Assembly (NCBI GenBank): GCA_048938445.1
Contig: JBHLME010000094.1
Span: forward strand, 1-17,517
Length of the DNA: 17,517 nt
Origin: Promethearchaeota archaeon
GTDB lineage: Archaea > Asgardarchaeota > Lokiarchaeia > Sigyniarchaeales > SOKP01
Direction: 5' to 3'
The translations under genes were made by a program, and so were the position numbers. Positions 6,887-13,385 of the stretch are shown one piece after another (within the stretch, counting starts at the first letter, position 1; the number at the start of each line of letters is the position of its first letter). The notes beneath the pieces were generated by a model, which saw only the letters and a program-made list of their open reading frames with translations, did not search any database and had not been told where the DNA came from.

Positions 6887-8728
6887 ATGATGCTTAACAA
6901 ACTTGAAGAAATTAATGGTATAGGAAAAATACTTCTTAATAGGCTTAGACATAAGGGGATTGATACACTAGAAAAAATAATATCAATGAATATTGATGAA
7001 TTAGAGAAAATCCCTGGGATTGGCAAGGCTACTGCTTTAAAATTAAAAAAGTTCGCGATTGATACTCTGAAAGAAAATAAATTTATTGATAAAAAATCTG
7101 AATTTAAAAACACGCTAAAAATTGTCAAACCTATTGTTCCTAAAAAAAGTGAAGAGAAAACCCCAATAAAACTTGAAAAACCCGTTATTCCAATTAATAA
7201 AAATTTAATCGAAATTAAGATCACCCCTAAAGCAATTAGTCCACAATTAACTAAAACAGAGGAAACTCTAAATAATTTAATGAAAAATCAAATTAGCAAA
7301 TTTCCTATCAAAAAACAGACAGTTGAATTACCAAAGGAAAAGGAAAAAATTAAATTACACAATAGAAATCAAAAAAATGAATTACCTAGAAAAAAGAAAA
7401 CAAAAAAATTACTTAAAAAAAATCATGAAACTAAAACTCCACTTAAAACATTTTTTCCACATGATATAATGCAAAAAATAAGATTTTTACATCATAAAAT
7501 TAAATATTTAGAAGATATTTTGAATAGAGGTAATGAACCAATCAAGTTAGATAACCTTGATTATATTTTAGATTATGTGAAAATATTAAATGTGAATTAT
7601 AAAACTCAAAGTCATGTAAGAATTTTTAAAGAATTAGAGTTCATTTCTAGTTTTCATGATCCACTGATTAATAAGAAAATTGAAATTTGGGATTTAATGT
7701 TTGAGTGTGCTTGGGCTTTATGGATTTTGGCACGAATTTATGCTGAATTCTCCCATAAATATGAATCGATTAAGGATTATAAAAACGCGCTTGTGTCTAT
7801 GGTCGAAGCTAGTAAATATTATAAAACCGCGGCGTATTTTAGTGCCGCTTGCACTCGCCAAGAAGATTTAGGGAAATCTCTCTCATGTGATAATCTTGAA
7901 TTAGAATCTGAAGAAGCACGCATTTTAGCACAAAGTCTTGCTGCTGAAAAAGAAGAAAAAGATGGAAATTACATTTTAGCTTCAAAGATATATTCTGGTT
8001 TGAGTGCACTATCAAAGAGATTTTTATATTTAAAAAAGCACGAAAAAATTAAAGAACACTCAATAACTGCCCAATATCATTATGATTATGGAATGGCTTA
8101 TTTTTTAAAAGCTAAAATGTTAGATTTAGGGTCATATTCTGATGAAGAAGAGAAAACAGCATTCCGTCAAAAATCGAACTATTATTTCTTTAAAGCAGAA
8201 GAAATTTGGCAGGATATGAGACATAATTTTGAAGATCTTTCATTGCGTGAACTGAAGAAAATAGATCATAACTTATTAATAGTAAATGATTATATTATCG
8301 AAAATGATGCTGAAATCTTACCAAATAAAGAACTTGATAATATTCCAGAAATTGAACCAATCATAGCAATTCCTGAAAATGTTGCTCCATTCCTTCCAAG
8401 AACTACCAATTATTTAACTAAATTCGGTCCTAAACATATTGAATTTAGCAATTATAGGAAATTTAAAAATATAAAGATTGAACATCATAGTAAGTCTAAT
8501 GAAATGGAAAGATTAAAGAACAAAAAAGCGGCTATTAAACAAACTATTAAAGAACTTAAAATGCTCTATAAAAAAAGTGATATTGATGTAAATAAGTTTT
8601 CAGAACTATTAGAAAAATATATCTTTGAATTAAAAACAATTGAAAACAATTTAAAAAAAATTAAAGAAAATTATCAAAACACAAACCAAGGAAAAGAACC
8701 AGTTAGAAGTGTTCGATTGATAAATTAA
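6887..8728 (+). CDS. HhH-domain protein with Bro1/ALIX-like helical domain and steadiness-box-like C-terminus
   Basis: The tandem HhH motifs LEEINGIGK and LEKIPGIGK are clear. A Lys/Pro-rich linker spans about aa 60-180. aa ~183-498 match Bro1 motifs in order and spacing (see findings). aa ~549-590 resemble the TSG101/Vps23 steadiness box. The CDS and HhH are secure, while Bro1 and SB are by-eye calls. Confidence 0.75.
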   Translation: MMLNKLEEINGIGKILLNRLRHKGIDTLEKIISMNIDELEKIPGIGKATALKLKKFAIDTLKENKFIDKKSEFKNTLKIVKPIVPKKSEEKTPIKLEKPVIPINKNLIEIKITPKAISPQLTKTEETLNNLMKNQISKFPIKKQTVELPKEKEKIKLHNRNQKNELPRKKKTKKLLKKNHETKTPLKTFFPHDIMQKIRFLHHKIKYLEDILNRGNEPIKLDNLDYILDYVKILNVNYKTQSHVRIFKELEFISSFHDPLINKKIEIWDLMFECAWALWILARIYAEFSHKYESIKDYKNALVSMVEASKYYKTAAYFSAACTRQEDLGKSLSCDNLELESEEARILAQSLAAEKEEKDGNYILASKIYSGLSALSKRFLYLKKHEKIKEHSITAQYHYDYGMAYFLKAKMLDLGSYSDEEEKTAFRQKSNYYFFKAEEIWQDMRHNFEDLSLRELKKIDHNLLIVNDYIIENDAEILPNKELDNIPEIEPIIAIPENVAPFLPRTTNYLTKFGPKHIEFSNYRKFKNIKIEHHSKSNEMERLKNKKAAIKQTIKELKMLYKKSDIDVNKFSELLEKYIFELKTIENNLKKIKENYQNTNQGKEPVRSVRLIN

Positions 8729-8775
8729 CATAAATATTTTTTATAGTTTATAATTTTACTTATACGGTGGTAATT

Positions 8776-9351
8776 ATGGTTAAAAAAAATTTCAAATTGT
8801 TTGATTTTTTCAGAACTCTTTGGCCATTTTTGGTAATAATCATAATAATTTTCTTTTTTTTTATAGATATCATCTTAGCAATATGGATTACATTTATCTT
8901 TTTAATAATTTCTTTGCTAGTTTACCTTCCTTCCCTTTCCTTCAAGTCTCGCTTAGTAAATTTAATGAATAAACACCTCAAAATTGAAGATATTGAAATA
9001 TCACATAAAGCTGGAAAGGTAATAGAAGAAATTAGGGAATACATGCATGAATTATCACTTAAACAAAAAAATAGAGATTGGTTAATCGTGCACTTGAATA
9101 ATCGCTATATCTATTATAATGCTGAAACTATTAAAGCATACACCCAACTTTATTATAGAGGCTATACTGATAAACAAATATTTGATAATATGAATGATCT
9201 TGTCAAGTTAAAAACAAGATCCGAAGTTAAGGCAATCGAAAATACTCTAAAATTACATGATAGACTTGTAAAAAGAGACATAATAATGGAAAAAAAACCT
9301 ATAAGAATTGATAAGTATCATCAGAATTTAAAAAAATTAGGAAAAACTTAA
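8776..9351 (+). CDS. Membrane protein: two N-terminal TM helices plus putative tandem winged-helix cytosolic region
   Basis: GGTGG SD at 8766-8770 favours the ATG at 8776 over the GTG at 8767. A hydrophobic hairpin runs LWPFLVIIIIIFFFFI-D-IILAIWITFIFLIISLLVYL. A helix-strand-helix-helix-hairpin pattern follows (KSRLVNLMNKH-KI-EDIEISHKAG-VIEEIREYMHELS-WLIVHLNNRYIYY), then a second HTH-like unit. Confidence 0.75.
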   Translation: MVKKNFKLFDFFRTLWPFLVIIIIIFFFFIDIILAIWITFIFLIISLLVYLPSLSFKSRLVNLMNKHLKIEDIEISHKAGKVIEEIREYMHELSLKQKNRDWLIVHLNNRYIYYNAETIKAYTQLYYRGYTDKQIFDNMNDLVKLKTRSEVKAIENTLKLHDRLVKRDIIMEKKPIRIDKYHQNLKKLGKT

Positions 9352-9404
9352 ACATTAACATAACATTCCACAGACTTTTTTTATATTTAATATTATTTAA
9401 TACG

Positions 9405-9701
9405 ATGGTATTTATTTTTTTACAAATTATTTATTGTAATGAATGTGGGGATTGTTGCTTATTAGATTGTAAAAGTGAATCTTATGATGGAGGTTCATGT
9501 ACCCATCCTGAAAAAAGTGTTTTTTGTGAAATGTTTCCAATATCCATTATTAGAAATAAATATTATCTCAGACAATGTAAAGGAGTCGCTTTTGATCTTC
9601 TTCCTATAAACATTTTAAATAGAATTATTGATCGCTTAAACCAAGGAGAAGAAAATTTTGAAGTAAAAACAAAGGAACTTCATTTTAGTATATCTTCTTA
9701 A
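9405..9701 (+). CDS. Small YkgJ-like CxxCxxCC cysteine-cluster (Zn/Fe-S binding) protein
   Basis: CNECGDCC motif, further Cys residues, CEMFP (compare the family CxxYP/FP motif) and a distal Cys. The start codon is uncertain. Confidence 0.7.
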   Translation: MVFIFLQIIYCNECGDCCLLDCKSESYDGGSCTHPEKSVFCEMFPISIIRNKYYLRQCKGVAFDLLPINILNRIIDRLNQGEENFEVKTKELHFSISS

Positions 9702-9731
9702 TAGAATTAAAGTAATAAAATAAATAAGACA

Positions 9732-9839
9732 TTATTCTACCATGCTAAAGGTTCCGTCTTCAGCTCCACAACTTGGGCATTTCTCAGGAATATCATCTAA
9801 ATCAAAATCGCTTCCGCATTTATCACATTTCCATTTCAT
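9732..9839 (-). CDS. 35-aa rubredoxin-like / zinc-ribbon microprotein (not in the ORF track)
   Basis: Manual translation gives MKWKCDKCGSDFDLDDIPEKCPSCGAEDGTFSMVE*. The WxCxxCG...PxxCPxCGA...F pattern is that of rubrerythrin-type short rubredoxin domains. The stretch is a GC-richer island in an AT-rich spacer. Confidence 0.85.
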   Translation of the reverse strand: MKWKCDKCGSDFDLDDIPEKCPSCGAEDGTFSMVE

Positions 9840-9961
9840 GGCTCATAACTCGTCTATTCTAATAGAAAAAATTTTAACTATAAAATTAAAATAGTTAGAT
9901 ATTATAAATTTTTGCATAAAGTATTAGTTCCAATTACTAAATTGATTTAACTCTATTTATT

Positions 9962-10792
9962 TTAAATATTTGAATATAATGTTTCAAGTTCTGCTTGGGA
10001 AAGATTTATTTCAGCAGCTTTCGCATTTGACTCAATATGTTTAATGTGCATTGCTTTAGGAATTGTAATAACATTGTCATGATTAATTAACCAAGCAATT
10101 GCTATTTGCTGAACTGTGGCATCATGTTGAGAAGCTAATTTTTCCATTTTTTCTTTCATATCGCCTCTCAATCTTTTTAATCCTGTATGTCCTAGTGGAC
10201 TATATGCAGTTAAAGTTACTCCTTCTTTTTGATAGTATGGTAATGAATCATGAATGTGTTTTTGTTTGCCAATATTTGCATGTAATTGATTACAGACTAA
10301 TTCCGCTTTTTTTAAAATGCTATTTCCCTTTTTAAACTGTTTTACAGAATAATTACTTACTCCAACATACCTGACTTTCCCTTCATTTAAAAGTTCTTCA
10401 AGTAAAACCATGTGTTTCTTTATTTTACTTCCAAAAAATGAAGGAAAATGAATTAAATATAAATCAATCGTGCTGATACCAAGCCTTTCTAGACTTTTAT
10501 AACACGCTTTTTTCATTGAGTTATATCCAAAGTGTCCAGGGAAAATTTTACTCGTTATAAATAAATCATCACGATTGTAATCCTTGATGACCTCTCCTAT
10601 AAGTCTTTCTGAAGCACCAAGACCATAAAATTCTGCTGTATCTATATGCGTGATTCCTAATTCAATACCTTTTCTCAATGACTCTTTCCATTTCTCATAA
10701 TAATTCTTATCTTGACCTTTCTTTATTCCCCATGTACCTTGACCAAGAACAGGAATCATTTCTCCTGTTTTCCCTAATTCTACCTTTCTCAT
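9962..10792 (-). CDS. Aldo/keto reductase (NADPH-dependent)
   Basis: Motifs LGQGTWG, IDTAEFYG, FITSK, DLYLIHFP, GVSNY, AYSPLG and IPKA. The catalytic Asp-Tyr-Lys-His tetrad is present. Confidence 0.95.
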   Translation of the reverse strand: MRKVELGKTGEMIPVLGQGTWGIKKGQDKNYYEKWKESLRKGIELGITHIDTAEFYGLGASERLIGEVIKDYNRDDLFITSKIFPGHFGYNSMKKACYKSLERLGISTIDLYLIHFPSFFGSKIKKHMVLLEELLNEGKVRYVGVSNYSVKQFKKGNSILKKAELVCNQLHANIGKQKHIHDSLPYYQKEGVTLTAYSPLGHTGLKRLRGDMKEKMEKLASQHDATVQQIAIAWLINHDNVITIPKAMHIKHIESNAKAAEINLSQAELETLYSNI

Positions 10793-10980
10793 AATAATAA
10801 CAAGTGTAATTTATATTAAATCTTATAATGCGTCTTTATTTAATATTATCATTTAAGGTTTTAAATTCTAAATTAATCATACAAAAATAAAAGAGTATTA
10901 TTCCTTTTTTTTCAAATCATATCCAGATTTATATTTGGTTATAATTTAATATATAATAACTTTATAAGGAAGTGCAAATA

Positions 10981-11925
10981 ATGGCAACAAATATAAAAAG
11001 TTCGACCTTCACGTACAAAGACCAAGATGGAATAGAAATCAATGTATATAAATGGGAACCAGAAAGTTCACCTAAGGCCGCAATCCAAATCATACATGGG
11101 ATGGCAGAGCATGGTAAAAGATATGAAAGAATTGCAGGTTTTTTGTGTAATAATGGATATATATGTTATGCTGATGATCATCGAGGTCATGGAAAAACTA
11201 TTGAATTAAATAACATGCCCCCTGGATATTTAGGAGAAAGTGGATGGGATGGAACGGTTAAAGCAATTCATCAATTATCTACTATTATTAAAGAACAACA
11301 CCCTCAAATTCCACTCTTTTTGATTGCTCATTCGTGGGGGTCATTTATGTGTCAAGATATAATGCAAAGATGGAGCCCTGAATATAATGGTGTAGTTTTA
11401 TCTGGTTCAAGTGGTAGTCAAAGTAGTACTCAGCTTAAAATAGTAAAAACCATTGCTAAAAAACAAATCAAGAAGCTTGGACCGAAGGAACCGAGTGAGA
11501 AGATGGATGACTTAATTTTTGATAGATATAATAAACCTTTTAAAAAGGAACCTGGAGCAACGAGGCATGAGTGGTTATCGAGAGATAAAGGAGAAGTACA
11601 AAAATATATAGATGATCCCTTATCTGGATTCATATGTCCTGCGTCTTTTTGGCTTGAAATGTTTACGGCATTTGATAAAATTTGGGATATTGAAAATGAA
11701 CGCAAGATATCCGTAGATTTACCAATTCTATTTATTTCAGGTACTTTTGATTCTAATAGTAATAATACAAAGAATTTAAAACCCCTTCTAGAACGATATA
11801 GAAAAGTCGGTATAAGAGAAGTAGGAGTTAAATTTTTTGAAGAAGCACGCCATGAAATTTTTAATGAAATTAACCGCGAAGAAGTTTATAATTTTGTTTT
11901 AGATTGGCTTAATTCTCATTTGTAA
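10981..11925 (+). CDS. Alpha/beta hydrolase, lysophospholipase / monoacylglycerol lipase family
   Basis: HGMAEH, DHRGHG, nucleophile elbow AHSWG, acid in ISGTFD and His in ARHEI. The ATG at 10981 with upstream AGGA is preferred over the GTG at 10972. Confidence 0.93.
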   Translation: MATNIKSSTFTYKDQDGIEINVYKWEPESSPKAAIQIIHGMAEHGKRYERIAGFLCNNGYICYADDHRGHGKTIELNNMPPGYLGESGWDGTVKAIHQLSTIIKEQHPQIPLFLIAHSWGSFMCQDIMQRWSPEYNGVVLSGSSGSQSSTQLKIVKTIAKKQIKKLGPKEPSEKMDDLIFDRYNKPFKKEPGATRHEWLSRDKGEVQKYIDDPLSGFICPASFWLEMFTAFDKIWDIENERKISVDLPILFISGTFDSNSNNTKNLKPLLERYRKVGIREVGVKFFEEARHEIFNEINREEVYNFVLDWLNSHL

Positions 11926-11928
11926 AAC

Positions 11929-11945
11929 CTTTTTTTTCTTTTTTT
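11929..11945 (+). terminator. Oligo-T terminator CT8CT7
   Basis: CTTTTTTTTCTTTTTTT begins 4 nt after the hydrolase stop codon. Confidence 0.6.
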
Positions 11946-12048
11946 GTATTATTTCTTATAAATTTCAATTTGAGCTAAAGTTTTTTAATGAATATTTTAT
12001 TAATATGTAAGAGAATAGATTTTAATTACGAGGTGGAAATTTGAAATC

Positions 12049-13002
12049 ATGAGTAATGAAAATGAGAACATTAATTATAATGAAATAAATAAAGATTTAG
12101 ATAATGAAAAATTACGAAATGAAATTAAACATCTAAATTCTCAAATTATAGAAAAAATAAACTCTATAAACACGATAGATACTGAATCTATCGATAAATT
12201 CCATATTATGAATATATTAAAAGATATCATAATTGCACAAAGACAAGAAATTATATGGAAACATGATGATATTAAAAAGTTAGAATTGGATGTTATTGAT
12301 TTAGCACATAAAATAACTTCGTTGGGAGAACCTCATGAACAAGAAAATAAAAGAGTAGACATTGCTAAAGATTACCATAGGAAAATAGATGAGATGAATA
12401 TTACCATTGAAGAATTATTAAAAAAAAATGCTGACAATCAAGAAATCATAAATAAATTGAGAGAAGAGAGCAATCCGGAATTCTGGGAAAATCAAATAAG
12501 TGAATTAAATAAAGTAATTATCGATCTAACGGATGAAAATGCATCACTTCGGAAAAACCTTAAAAATGCTGACAATACATCTAACAAGGAACAATTGGAG
12601 ACAGAATTATCGGACTTAAGGCAACAAATTATAGAATTAAAAGAAGAAAATAAAAAAATAGAAGAAAAAAATAAAATGTTGAAAGCCGCCCTCCTCATGA
12701 CTGTTGATACTGAGACTAAAAATTTGACAGATTCCCCTGAAACATTGACGGACGATACTGTTATAGAATTTGAAACTACTGGAGATAAAAAGGTTGCTAT
12801 TCATGAAGGACCAAGCGCAGTTAAAGCATTCCAAGAAAGTTTAGAATCATCAGAACGGAGGAGGCAATGTCCAAATTGTGGTGCATCGGGAGCATTCATT
12901 CTCGAAATTGATGATAAGTCAAACATCATATATCAAGATATGGGTAACAAAATATACGGTAAAAAGTATAAATGTGGCGAGTGTAGGCATGAATGGAAAT
13001 GA
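12049..13002 (+). CDS. Long coiled-coil protein with C-terminal Cys4 zinc ribbon
   Basis: Heptad-rich E/K/N/I/L sequence over about aa 10-215, an acidic linker, then CPNCG...CGEC..W at the C-terminus. SD GAGGTGG lies at 12030-12036. Confidence 0.85.
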   Translation: MSNENENINYNEINKDLDNEKLRNEIKHLNSQIIEKINSINTIDTESIDKFHIMNILKDIIIAQRQEIIWKHDDIKKLELDVIDLAHKITSLGEPHEQENKRVDIAKDYHRKIDEMNITIEELLKKNADNQEIINKLREESNPEFWENQISELNKVIIDLTDENASLRKNLKNADNTSNKEQLETELSDLRQQIIELKEENKKIEEKNKMLKAALLMTVDTETKNLTDSPETLTDDTVIEFETTGDKKVAIHEGPSAVKAFQESLESSERRRQCPNCGASGAFILEIDDKSNIIYQDMGNKIYGKKYKCGECRHEWK

Positions 13003-13385
13003 AATTGAATTAAAAAAAAAATCTCAAACTTTAAGTTTTTCTTTATCAAAAAAATTAGAGAAAATTATTAATTAGATTAAAATAAGTGAATTTATTCCAT
13101 TTTTTATATTATCTCTATTCTAAATTGACTTAATTTTAAATGAAAATATTTAGATGGGTTATAATTGACATGAATCAAGTTATATTTGGGTCTAGATCTC
13201 TTTATAGATTTTTACAAATTTATACTGATTTTTATAAGTGTTTTGATTAGTCATAAAATTCCCATAATAGAATTATTGATTTTTTTTCTCTACAAAAAAG
13301 TATAATATTTATATTTTATTGACAATTTTGTCTTTTAATTTTTCAATATTGAATGCATATTTCTAAATTTTCGAGGGAAGAAATA

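Noticed and set aside
6887-7060. Calling the HhH protein RadA, UvrC or a DNA ligase/polymerase
   Set aside because: No Walker motifs or nuclease/ligase/polymerase domain follow the HhH.
6760-7224. 154-aa hydrophobic minus-strand ORF
   Set aside because: The Phe/Leu/Ile richness is the antisense image of the Lys/Glu-rich HhH gene.
4859-13008. Selenocysteine readthrough at TGA stops (4859-4861, 13000-13002)
   Set aside because: Each is followed within a few codons by another stop, and the proteins already look complete.
13003-13385. Long AT-rich spacer as ncRNA or replication origin
   Set aside because: No GC-rich stems, ORB-like repeats or tRNA features were seen. Short inverted repeats are expected at this AT content.
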